DNA of 64,000 bases from a virus. The stretch spans positions 39,249 to 103,248 of IMG/VR virus record IMGVR_UViG_3300045009_000924; one strand, given 5' to 3'. The translations under genes were made by a program, and so were the position numbers. Positions 18,639-27,579 of this stretch are shown here, one piece after another (the first letter of the stretch is position 1; each line of letters begins with the position of its first letter). The notes beneath the pieces are model-generated. The model saw only the letters and a program-made list of their open reading frames with translations. It did no database searches and was not told the origin of the DNA.

Positions 18639-20640
18639 CCATAAAAACAATGTTTATATTTACAGGGTTGTACTTGCGAAAATGGAAAACCAACAACCCA
18701 AAGACCATTTGCGCGGAATGACAATTCGAAATGACAAAAACATAGTTATGTTCAAAGCTCTTTCAAAAAGACACGGAAATAATAGGAGAAAAGTTGTTTC
18801 GGCTGATTTGGGTGGGATGCAATTCAAGGCAAATGTGGGTAGGCAGATTGCAAGAAGCGTAATCAGCACAATAGTTCCCGGGGACATGAGTCCGTATCGC
18901 TCTCCGGTTAGGTCGGCATTTTGGAGAACGGTAACACCGGGCTTTGGTGGGGGTAGGCGCGGTGGCTCAATGCCTGGGGAAAATCGCGGATATAGATGCC
19001 CGGAGGGCTATCAATATGGCGGAAGATTTACCGATAATAGATTGTCGACATGTGGTGCACAATTGTTCGATATACCATCTCCGCTTGGCGCTGCGTTGAG
19101 AGCCATTAGAAATGCAATAAATCCGAACGTATCAAGAACAACCGGAAAACCGATATCGGGAATTCGTGGAGATAGTGAAATAATAGTTCGGCGAGCTCCG
19201 GTTATTCCAAAAGTTTCTTCTGATAACAGGGCAGAAGTTTCTCGAGTTGTCTTAGACCTCGTGAACCAAATAGGAAAATTTAATAAATCTTCAAACGAAA
19301 TAGCCAGAAGAATGGTTAGGCGTGATGGATTTGTTCTAGAACCGGTTGTGCCAAATAAGGTTTTACGTGCAATACCAGATAACAGAGACATGGAGGGCGC
19401 AACAATGTTGATGTCGGCAATCTCTGCGGCGGGCATAGGGGGAGAAGAGTTGGGTTTGCTTTCAAACACCGGGATTAAATCTTTGATTTATGTTCTTCCC
19501 GGTGGTTCAACATTAACACTAGAAAAAGCAAGAAAGCTTTCGATTGGCGAAAGAAGAAAACTTGGCAGAGTCGTAAATTCCGCTGCAGAATTAGACAATA
19601 GAGACGACCCGGCAAAAAGGCTTCAATTTGTTGCGTCGGAAATAGGTTCTGGAATATCTTATACAGAAAATTTCGTCGGTATAAAAAATCCAAACGAGCG
19701 AATCGGAAAAAACCTTGCCTGGGTCAACACTCTTTTCAAAAATAGAAAATTGATTAAACCAGAAATGACCGGAACAGAAAGAGAAACTATTTCATTTGCT
19801 GCAAAAAGAAAACTAATAAAAAATACCGAATACGCACTAAGGCATATTGCGTCTGGTGGAAACATTTCCGATATTCATCCATCAATAATAGCGGAAGTGC
19901 TAAAACGTTCTTTAAATGTTTCAAAAAGAGAACTACAGGGAAACATAACCGCAATAGATGTGAACGGAAGGGGTTATTTGATTTACGGTAAACCGAAAAA
20001 ATTTCAACATATCGGTGAAAGATTTGCCTCTGATGTTCAGCAACATTTGGGACTGGAATCGCCCGATGTATTTTTCATTGGGAAACAGGGGAATGTGAGA
20101 AGCTATTTGAGAGATGATATTTCTTCTGTTATTCCCGACGGTGTTTTCAATCCTCAAAAAACTTTTAATGAATTAGATATGAATGATGTGGCCAGAATTA
20201 TGGTTGCAGATTTTTTGACAGACCAAAGAGAAAGACCAAATACATCAATTTACGCAGTAGACACAAATGAGGGTACGCGTGCGGTTTTGGCACAAAATAC
20301 AAGTTCCGGATTGGCGGATTTGTCGAAATTGGAAATAACAAAAAGAATGAAAATCAGACTCTCTGATTTTTACGAGTCTGGTCTTGTCCCTGCATATTCG
20401 GATTACTATCAGAAACTAAGAGCAGAACAAAGAATTTTATTCATAAAGTTTATTTCACAAATGATTAACAGAGCAAAATCATTTAATCCATCAAAATTCG
20501 CAGACAATCTAAATGTATATGGAATTTCTGAAGGTGAAAGAATACATCTTGAAATAATTACAAAATTGTTTAATGACAGAATTGAAGTTTTGTCAACTCA
20601 AAAAGAATTACTCAGAGAAATTTTAACGGAAAGAAAATAA
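18631..20640 (+). CDS. Protein with an N-terminal RCPxG..FTD..TC motif and a C-terminal degenerate HipA/PI3K-like kinase fold
   Basis: ERFASDVQQHLGLESPDV...DFLTDQRERPNTSI resembles the E..A..LG...P / D.L..N.DRH..N pattern, but the catalytic residues are altered. Confidence 0.5.
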   Translation: MDNHKNNVYIYRVVLAKMENQQPKDHLRGMTIRNDKNIVMFKALSKRHGNNRRKVVSADLGGMQFKANVGRQIARSVISTIVPGDMSPYRSPVRSAFWRTVTPGFGGGRRGGSMPGENRGYRCPEGYQYGGRFTDNRLSTCGAQLFDIPSPLGAALRAIRNAINPNVSRTTGKPISGIRGDSEIIVRRAPVIPKVSSDNRAEVSRVVLDLVNQIGKFNKSSNEIARRMVRRDGFVLEPVVPNKVLRAIPDNRDMEGATMLMSAISAAGIGGEELGLLSNTGIKSLIYVLPGGSTLTLEKARKLSIGERRKLGRVVNSAAELDNRDDPAKRLQFVASEIGSGISYTENFVGIKNPNERIGKNLAWVNTLFKNRKLIKPEMTGTERETISFAAKRKLIKNTEYALRHIASGGNISDIHPSIIAEVLKRSLNVSKRELQGNITAIDVNGRGYLIYGKPKKFQHIGERFASDVQQHLGLESPDVFFIGKQGNVRSYLRDDISSVIPDGVFNPQKTFNELDMNDVARIMVADFLTDQRERPNTSIYAVDTNEGTRAVLAQNTSSGLADLSKLEITKRMKIRLSDFYESGLVPAYSDYYQKLRAEQRILFIKFISQMINRAKSFNPSKFADNLNVYGISEGERIHLEIITKLFNDRIEVLSTQKELLREILTERK

Positions 20641-20641
20641 A

Positions 20642-21439
20642 ATGAAAAAAATTAATAAAATATCAATAGTCAAAGACGTATTTACAAACACCCCACACGT
20701 TATGGCAATTTCGTCCGACGAAGAAATAAAAATTAAAGCAATTACCGAATATGGAAAATTGATAATTAAGGAATATAATTATCAAAATGGGTATATAAAT
20801 GCTGGTGTTCCAGATGGATTCGTAAAAACAGACTTCAAGCAACTTACTCCCAACATGGAAAAAATGTTTTCTGCTGCATTTGACGAAATAGGCTGGAACA
20901 CGCAAAAAGTTAACGAAATGACAACAAAAATAATTAATTATCAAAAAACAAAATCTTTTATATCAAGAAACGCAAATATAAGGAAATCAAACTCATTTAA
21001 GAGCCCTTCAAGCAGGTCTCTGTTCAAATTTAAAAATAAAATAAACAAGATAAATATTTTAAATTACAAAGCAAAAACATTCAAAGATAACAACACAACA
21101 AGTGCTTTGGTTGAAAAAATAAAATCAAGAGAACTTGCATTTGACAGAAAAACAAATACAATCGCCGCGAAAAAAAACGATTTATTTTCTCAAAATACGC
21201 TTGATTTAATAAATCAAGATTCAAAAAATATTCGTCTGCTTAGACGACATTTCGGTGAAAAAAACGAAGACTTTATTAATATGGCGAAAAAATACAAGAG
21301 ACGGACATTGCGAAGAGCGACAAAAATATCAGAAAAAAAATTATTTGACGATATTGAAGAGAAAAACATTTTCGGATTTCAAAAGTTTAATACTTCAATA
21401 AGAACAAAACTTAAAAGAAAAACCGGGAAGAAAAAATGA
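20642..21439 (+). CDS. Hypothetical basic protein
   Basis: Coupled ORF, K/N-rich. Confidence 0.7.
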   Translation: MKKINKISIVKDVFTNTPHVMAISSDEEIKIKAITEYGKLIIKEYNYQNGYINAGVPDGFVKTDFKQLTPNMEKMFSAAFDEIGWNTQKVNEMTTKIINYQKTKSFISRNANIRKSNSFKSPSSRSLFKFKNKINKINILNYKAKTFKDNNTTSALVEKIKSRELAFDRKTNTIAAKKNDLFSQNTLDLINQDSKNIRLLRRHFGEKNEDFINMAKKYKRRTLRRATKISEKKLFDDIEEKNIFGFQKFNTSIRTKLKRKTGKKK

Positions 21440-22206
21440 AAGAGTTAATTAAAAAAGCGCAAGCTCTAAAAACCGCACGTGAAATAGGATGCAGTGGTGC
21501 GCACAAAGACAAAAATGGAAATTGGATGCCGTGCTCTTCTCACGAAGAATTAATTCGAATATCAGAGTTGGCAGAAACTTCAAAATGGAGAACTGTTGTT
21601 CCTGGTGAATCAAAGAAAGCATTAAGAAAAATCGGAAAAAATAAAAGAAAAAGATTTCAAGACGAGTGGGCAGAAATAAAAAAACAAAACCAGGGAGAGT
21701 GGGAGGAGCTCAGGGAGAAGCCCATATCGGGAATAGAGTCCCTACCCGGCGGCGGTCTTGTTTCCGGCGACCTTTTTGCCGGGAAATCAGCGAATGGCCC
21801 GTGTTGGCCCGGATACAAACAGGTAGGTATGAAAATTGGGAAGAGGGGCAAGCTGGTGCCGAATTGTGTTCCTGTCGACAATAAATCTGCAAAGGGTCCA
21901 GAATATGTTCGAGATAATGACCCCGATGTTTTTATTGATGCCGAATCGGCGCGAGCGAGAGCCAGGCAAATCGGTTGTATAGGGATTAGTAGAAGAATTA
22001 GTAAAACCGGTCGGTCGGTCTGGATGCCATGCACAAATATGACCGATTATGCAAATAGAACAGGTTCAACACCATTGGGTAAATTAAATATTGAAAAAAG
22101 AAGAAACGATGAAACCAGCAGGGCAGTGCGAACAATTCTTGCAGCACGAGACAAAGTGAGATTAAAAAGAAAAGTTTCTTTATTCCAACAATTAAAATCA
22201 AAATGA
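21436..22206 (+). CDS. Protein with two DUF3721-like (GC.G.....WMPC) repeats and a CWPGYKQVG...VPNCVP minidomain
   Basis: AREIGCSGAH...WMPC and ARQIGCIG...WMPC, plus GPCWPGYKQVGMK...VPNCVP; immediately upstream of the MCP. Confidence 0.65.
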   Translation: MKELIKKAQALKTAREIGCSGAHKDKNGNWMPCSSHEELIRISELAETSKWRTVVPGESKKALRKIGKNKRKRFQDEWAEIKKQNQGEWEELREKPISGIESLPGGGLVSGDLFAGKSANGPCWPGYKQVGMKIGKRGKLVPNCVPVDNKSAKGPEYVRDNDPDVFIDAESARARARQIGCIGISRRISKTGRSVWMPCTNMTDYANRTGSTPLGKLNIEKRRNDETSRAVRTILAARDKVRLKRKVSLFQQLKSK

Positions 22207-22352
22207 CTATTTACACACTTTTGATAACAAAATTAAATAGTTCCACTATTAAGTGTAAATAATCTGTTATTTTGGAATATCACAGGGCTGGGTGCTTTCC
22301 TGAGCCGAGTAAAAAAAAAATCAATCCAACCCTCTCAATACAGGAGAAAAAA

Positions 22353-23756
22353 ATGTCGCAAGACAAAGCAAGAATCGATGAGCTTCAAACAGCCCTTCGC
22401 TCAAAGATGGCAGAGAATAAAAACATCGCTGATTCATTTAAAGTTGAAGACGGCACTGTCGTTGTTTCGGCAGAACAGAAAACAACATTCGACAAAAACA
22501 TGCGTGACATCAAAGAAATCAAGTCACTCATTTCCGACCTCGAGTCAATGCAGGAAGTTTCCTCATGGGGCTCGGAGCAGAAAGAGACAAGTGTTGGTGC
22601 CGAATATTCAGCTGCAAATGCCGAAGTTGGTCAGTTGACATCACGTGAGCTTAAGACAATTGGCGAAATGTTCACGGAATCGCCAGAATTTAAAGCTCTA
22701 AACAACGGTCGCAATGGTGCAAACATGTCATCCCCATGGCAGATAAAGGCTTCATTGACCGGCCTGCAAGTGAAGGATGTCTTCACGGCGATGCCGACAG
22801 TCGGCAATCTCTCAGGATTCACCCGTGGAGGTGGCCTTGGTGATTTCGGCAGTGTTCAGCGCGATGCGATGATTACTCCGCCACAGAGAACACGTCGCGT
22901 GCGCGACCTGTTTCCAGTTCGTCGCACAACGGCTGCTGTAATTGAGTACTTCCGTCAGATTGGCTTCACATCGCTTGAGGCCCCAGGCGTAGACCACGCC
23001 AATGGCGTAACATACTCAACAAACAATGCAGCATCAACAGTTGCCGAGCGCTCCGGGAACGCGTTTGGAGCCAAGCCGCAGTCGTCATTCAAGTTCGTTG
23101 GTGAGCAGGCACCGGTTCGCACAATGGCGCACTGGGAAGCTGCACATCGCAACGTTCTTGCCGATGAGCCGCAGTTGCGGTCAATCATTGACAATGAGCT
23201 GATGTACGGTCTGCGCCTTCTTGAGGATGCACAGATTCTCAATGGCAACGGCGCCGGCGAAAACCTCATGGGTGTCATGAATACGCCGAGCATTCAGGAG
23301 TACTCATGGTCAGATGGTGCCACTGAGCCAGTTTCGGACACAAAAGCCGACGCACTCCGTCGCGCCGCAACCCTCTCGTTCCTCGCGTACTACGAGCCAT
23401 CTGGCATTGTGATGCACCCGAACGATTGGGAAGACATCGAGTTGACAAAAGACGCAAACGGTCAGTACCTCCTTGCTGTGTCAATCGCACAGGGTGGCGC
23501 GCCACGCGTCTGGAGAATGCCGATTGTTGACACGCCGGCCATGCCAGAGGGCTTCGCCCTTGTTGGAGCATTCGGTACAGCTGCACAACTTTACGACAGA
23601 GAGGAAGCAAGCATACGCATTAGCGAACAGCATGCAGACTTCTTCATTCGCAATGCAATCGTGATTCTTGCCGAGCAGCGCCTTGCGCTGGCTGTCAAGC
23701 GTCCGGAGGCTTTCGTCAAAGTTGAATTCGATGGGGCACCCTCCGTCTCCATCTGA
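22353..23756 (+). CDS. Major capsid protein, HK97 fold, with an N-terminal coiled-coil delta (scaffold) domain
   Basis: SD CAGGAG precedes ATG 22353. HK97-family signatures VAE..AKPQS, VRTMAHW, LADEPQLRSIID.EL.YGL..ED.QILNG.G, MHPNDW, ILAEQRLALAVKRPEAF. Visibly more GC-rich codons than neighbouring genes. Confidence 0.93.
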   Translation: MSQDKARIDELQTALRSKMAENKNIADSFKVEDGTVVVSAEQKTTFDKNMRDIKEIKSLISDLESMQEVSSWGSEQKETSVGAEYSAANAEVGQLTSRELKTIGEMFTESPEFKALNNGRNGANMSSPWQIKASLTGLQVKDVFTAMPTVGNLSGFTRGGGLGDFGSVQRDAMITPPQRTRRVRDLFPVRRTTAAVIEYFRQIGFTSLEAPGVDHANGVTYSTNNAASTVAERSGNAFGAKPQSSFKFVGEQAPVRTMAHWEAAHRNVLADEPQLRSIIDNELMYGLRLLEDAQILNGNGAGENLMGVMNTPSIQEYSWSDGATEPVSDTKADALRRAATLSFLAYYEPSGIVMHPNDWEDIELTKDANGQYLLAVSIAQGGAPRVWRMPIVDTPAMPEGFALVGAFGTAAQLYDREEASIRISEQHADFFIRNAIVILAEQRLALAVKRPEAFVKVEFDGAPSVSI

Positions 23757-23787
23757 TTCGAATAGCTTGGGCTAAATCACCAAGAAC

Positions 23788-23840
23788 GGGCCCCTGGGCA
23801 AAGGCTGCAACATAGCCTGAACCCGGGGGTCAATTCTTTC
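23788..23840 (+). terminator. Long GC-rich hairpin after the MCP, probable terminator or mRNA stabiliser
   Basis: Outer stem cccctggg/cccggggg (one G-U pair), inner stem aggct/agcct, followed by aattctttc. Confidence 0.6.
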
Positions 23841-23886
23841 TATCTGCATGTATTGACTGTGAGAGAATATATAGGTGGGTGTACCA

Positions 23887-25101
23887 ATGAAAGACAAAAA
23901 CAAAGACGACGAAAATTTGTTTTTAGAACTTGAAGCAATTGGCGAAGCAATCGAAATAGAAAATGAAATTCTAGAGGCTTCGGAAAAATCATTTGTAGAA
24001 TTGAAACAAGAAGAATTTAATCCAATTTATGATGAGTACTATAATTCAAAAGTAGTTGGCAAATTTGTGTTTGTTGACATTGAAGAAAAATCAGCATCCG
24101 GGAAAAAACTAAAAGACCCACGAGGGGGATTAACGGCAGCCGGACGTGCGCATTTTAAAAAAACAGAGGGCGCAAACCTAAAACCAGGAGTAAGAGGTCC
24201 GGCAAATACCCCAGAAAAAATGCGCCGAAAAGGTTCATTTTTGACTCGTTTTTTTACAAATCCATCCGGACCAATGAAGGATAAAAAAGGAAGAGCAACC
24301 AGGCTGGCCTTGTCGGCATCAGCGTGGGGCGAACCGGTTCCGGGTGATGCAGAAGCGGCAGCACGCCTAGCGGCAAAAGGTAGAAGATTGCTAGAACGCT
24401 ATGCAAAGACAAAGAAAAAAGAACTTGAATCTTTTGAAAATATTCAATCAAAAGAAGTTAATGAAATTTTTTCTAAAGCACTCGGACAGTCCATAGGGCA
24501 GATGGCCGGAGCAAAACCCAGTGCAGACGAGGCAATCGACCACGACATGGATGGCATGATTTTTGATGGAACCCCCCAGGAACAGAGAAAACCATACAAA
24601 AAGGGAAGCGACTCTTGGGGGCGCGAACAGGGAATGGATTACGAAAAGCGAAGAAGAGCCTTTGTTCGCCAAGAACTTGCACGTCAGGGTATAAAGCGCC
24701 GAAGGGGTCCACAGCGAACAGAAGCGGAGCGGCTTGCTCGCACCCGCGCACGCGCCAGATTCGATGCTGAATTTTTCGACAGAGCAGAGCGAGAAAGACA
24801 GGAAAGAATGCGGCCGGCAAAGCCAGACAACTCATGGCAGAGGGCCGAAGATGCAAGAAACGCTCGTAAAAAGCCACCCCTTGGACCGCCCGCCCCCAAA
24901 CCTCTGGGCCCACCGGCACCCAAAAGAACAGACAATTCATCGCAGAGGGCTGAAGATGCAAGAAACGCTCGTAAAAAGCCACCCCTTGGACCGCCCGCCC
25001 CCAAACCTCTGGGTCCACCGGCACCCAAAAGAACGGACAACTCATCGCAGAGGGCCGAAGATGCAAGAAACGCTCGCAAGAAGCCACGCCTAGTGATATA
25101 A
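23887..25101 (+). CDS. DUF6321-like phage protein with a DxDxDG...DGT motif and Pro/Arg-rich C-terminal repeats
   Basis: KDPRGGLTAAGRAHF..EGANLKPGV...RRKGSFLTRF...RLALSASAW; DHDMDGMIFDGTP. Confidence 0.65.
   Translation: MKDKNKDDENLFLELEAIGEAIEIENEILEASEKSFVELKQEEFNPIYDEYYNSKVVGKFVFVDIEEKSASGKKLKDPRGGLTAAGRAHFKKTEGANLKPGVRGPANTPEKMRRKGSFLTRFFTNPSGPMKDKKGRATRLALSASAWGEPVPGDAEAAARLAAKGRRLLERYAKTKKKELESFENIQSKEVNEIFSKALGQSIGQMAGAKPSADEAIDHDMDGMIFDGTPQEQRKPYKKGSDSWGREQGMDYEKRRRAFVRQELARQGIKRRRGPQRTEAERLARTRARARFDAEFFDRAERERQERMRPAKPDNSWQRAEDARNARKKPPLGPPAPKPLGPPAPKRTDNSSQRAEDARNARKKPPLGPPAPKPLGPPAPKRTDNSSQRAEDARNARKKPRLVI
24826..25087 (+). repeat. In-frame tandem repeat, ~2.5 x 105 bp (35 aa)
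   Basis: Units start at 24826, 24931 and 25036 (DNSxQRAEDARNARKKPPLGPPAPKPLGPPAPKRT). Confidence 0.95.
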
Positions 25102-25102
25102 A

Positions 25103-25462
25103 ATGCAGCGCTTTTGGTACGGAGCGGTAGTTCTCAATGTAGTTAATGGCGATACTGTCGATTTGATGATTGACCTCGGATTTAATATTCAGCACACAGT
25201 TCGTGTGCGTCTTTACGGAGCGAGTGCTCCAGAATCAAGGTCCAAAGACCCCATCGAGAAAGAAATGGGCCTAAGGGCCAAGTCTTTTACTAATGATTGG
25301 CTAACGAGACATGAATGGGTTTTCGTAAACACCATCCTTGACAAAAATGAAAAATACGGTATAGTACTTGCCAAAATTTACTCGTCCGACAAAGTGGATG
25401 ACCCGAAGACAGCATGTTTAAATACAGACATAGTTCAAGCTGGCTATGCCAGAGAGCACTGA
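25103..25462 (+). CDS. Thermonuclease (SNase)-like protein, probably catalytically degenerate
   Basis: VVNGDTVDLMIDLGF, VRLYGASAPE and KYGIVLA correspond to the SNase motifs DGDT, RLxGIDxPE and KYGR. Confidence 0.75.
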   Translation: MQRFWYGAVVLNVVNGDTVDLMIDLGFNIQHTVRVRLYGASAPESRSKDPIEKEMGLRAKSFTNDWLTRHEWVFVNTILDKNEKYGIVLAKIYSSDKVDDPKTACLNTDIVQAGYAREH

Positions 25463-25475
25463 AAGAAGGATAGTT

Positions 25476-25922
25476 ATGTCATTTTTATGGAAAGATTATT
25501 CTGGCCCAATTAAGGGCATTCGCATTGAGACAAAAGCAGAGAAATCGTGTCCCAAGGCAACAAGCGATATTGCCGTAAATCTCCGCAACCGTGGCAAAGC
25601 AATCAAGACGGCCATGTATGGTCCCCTCAATCCAGCAGAATCAAACAATGATTACTGGACGAAACTTGCGTCAGAATGGGACGTTGACATATCTGCTGCC
25701 AAAAGGCAACGATGTGGAAATTGTGCGGTATTTGTTATCACTCCAGAAATGAAAAATTGTATCAAATCTGGACTGACCGGCGAGACCCGACAGGACGAGT
25801 GGAATGCCATTGATGCTGCCGGCGAACTTGGCTACTGTGAAGCGTTTGACTTTAAGTGTGCATCTAAGAGAACCTGTCGAGCATGGGTTACTGGTGGGCC
25901 AATTACAAAGCAAAAGCCATAA
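25476..25922 (+). CDS. Cys-rich conserved phage protein (CP.AT.D...N / CGNC...C...C...C..W)
   Basis: SD-like aagga precedes ATG 25476; metal/Fe-S-type Cys pattern. Confidence 0.6.
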   Translation: MSFLWKDYSGPIKGIRIETKAEKSCPKATSDIAVNLRNRGKAIKTAMYGPLNPAESNNDYWTKLASEWDVDISAAKRQRCGNCAVFVITPEMKNCIKSGLTGETRQDEWNAIDAAGELGYCEAFDFKCASKRTCRAWVTGGPITKQKP

Positions 25923-25964
25923 GATTCAACCTACAACCCAAAACAACATCAATGGAGATAAGCA

Positions 25965-26273
25965 ATGGCTGGTCCACAAAAGAATAAAAAAATAAAAGAA
26001 GAAGAAAAAACGACAGAAGAGTCAGCTTTTCTTGCTAAAAAAAATTCAAACTACAACACCCTGATTCCCATGGTGAATGCTGAATACGTAAAGGTTCGCC
26101 ACCCATTTCTGGGAATAGATTTGCACTTTAAGACAAATAGCCAAGAATTTGTCGACATATTCAACGAATTTAGTCAAAAGGGACTTGGGGAAAAATTAAA
26201 AAAGGAACTTATATTATTCGCTGAACAATATGACAAAAGATGGTTTGATGTTTTGAAACATTTACAAGCGTGA
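25965..26273 (+). CDS. Hypothetical protein
   Basis: SD ggag precedes the ATG. Confidence 0.6.
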   Translation: MAGPQKNKKIKEEEKTTEESAFLAKKNSNYNTLIPMVNAEYVKVRHPFLGIDLHFKTNSQEFVDIFNEFSQKGLGEKLKKELILFAEQYDKRWFDVLKHLQA

Positions 26274-26310
26274 TAAATTTTCTGGGTAAATAACTGGAAA
26301 ACCAAGAAAG

Positions 26311-26652
26311 TTGGCGAATGTGATTTCGATGTTTGACGAGTACCAAGTAAAGTCCAGCCTGACTGCGATTTTTCCAAAGGAGTCAGCACTTGAATATCTT
26401 TGTCTTGGTCTTGTTTCGGAAGCTGGCGAGGTTGCTGGAAAAATAAAAAAAATAATTCGCGACGATAAAAGCAAAATCACAGAAGAAAGAAAAAACGAAA
26501 TCGCAAGTGAACTTGGAGATGTTTTATGGTATTTAGCTCAACTTTCCCTGGAGCTAAATATACCCCTAAGCACAATAGCTAATCAAAACATTGAAAAATT
26601 AAAAGACAGGATAAGCAGAGGAAAAATATCTGGCTCTGGCGATACTAGGTAA
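26311..26652 (+). CDS. mazG: MazG-like nucleotide pyrophosphohydrolase
   Basis: LGLVSEAGEVAGKIKK...ELGDVLWYLA (ExxE...ExxD); C-terminal GSGD.R. Confidence 0.9.
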   Translation: MANVISMFDEYQVKSSLTAIFPKESALEYLCLGLVSEAGEVAGKIKKIIRDDKSKITEERKNEIASELGDVLWYLAQLSLELNIPLSTIANQNIEKLKDRISRGKISGSGDTR

Positions 26653-27457
26653 AGTTTTTTCTAATTACATTTCCAAACTCCGTGATTATTGTGGTTCCGT
26701 CAACATGCTGCTTTGGCGGCATGTGTTTTATAGTCAAAAGTCTTTTTAGCCATCTGTCTGTTCCGTCATATCTTGGCTGGAATTTTGACCTTCCATGGAC
26801 TGCTCTATTATTGTCGATTACCAACAAATCACCAGAACGTAAAATAATATTTTCAATCGAGGAATTTATTGCATCTTTCATCGTTAGTAAAGCAAGGCTT
26901 GCATCTTTTGTTATTCCTTTCATCAATTGCCAATCAAACGTCATTGTCCATCTCAGGTCGCCCAACTTCTCGCCACCGTCTCGCAAAACAGGTGTCAACA
27001 AAGAAAAATTATCGTTTTTTCCATCTTTGAAACTTTCGTCTATTCCTGTTGTGAAATCGGGAAGTTTTAACTGGGATATCGTTTCATCATCAAGTTTTTC
27101 AATTATGTCGTTTACTGAGGCAATTGTCGTGGCAACGGATTCATCACCCCTCATGCACAGTAAAAAAACAAATGATGGCTTGTAGGGATGAAATGCGGTT
27201 TCGGTGTGAAGATATAAATCGTTTTTAGAAGATGTCGATATTTGTTCATATTCAGTTTTCTGCACGGGAACTATATTCTGAATCAGTCTTCCGCCCTGTT
27301 CCTGTTTGTAGGAAATGGGAAATCCACCAAGTATTGCAAAACTCAATAATGTTTCTGTTGCTGTTTTTGTTTGTAAATCATCTATTAGCGGAGTTGCGGG
27401 AGTTGGCGGAACATCGCCAATATCGGAAATATGAAACATGACATAAGACTTGGGCAT
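26645..27457 (-). CDS. TauD/clavaminate synthase-like Fe(II)/2-oxoglutarate dioxygenase
   Basis: LHTETAF (HxE), LLCMR, GDLLVIDNNRAVHGR, DRWLKR. Confidence 0.85.
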   Translation of the reverse strand: MPKSYVMFHISDIGDVPPTPATPLIDDLQTKTATETLLSFAILGGFPISYKQEQGGRLIQNIVPVQKTEYEQISTSSKNDLYLHTETAFHPYKPSFVFLLCMRGDESVATTIASVNDIIEKLDDETISQLKLPDFTTGIDESFKDGKNDNFSLLTPVLRDGGEKLGDLRWTMTFDWQLMKGITKDASLALLTMKDAINSSIENIILRSGDLLVIDNNRAVHGRSKFQPRYDGTDRWLKRLLTIKHMPPKQHVDGTTIITEFGNVIRKNFT

Positions 27458-27502
27458 TTAAAAATTCTATATCATCATTACCCCTGTCTGTTCCACTTCC
27501 AT

Positions 27503-27579
27503 TGGCGCGTCGGGAGGGATTCGAACCCCCGACCTAAACATTAGAAGTGTTCCGCTCTATCCAGCTGAGCTACCGACGC
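27503..27579 (-). tRNA. tRNA-Arg(UCU) with encoded CCA
   Basis: The reverse complement folds as a cloverleaf: acceptor GCGTCGG/CCGACGC, anticodon loop CT-TCT-AA, T-loop TTCGAAT, 3' GCCA. Confidence 0.92.
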
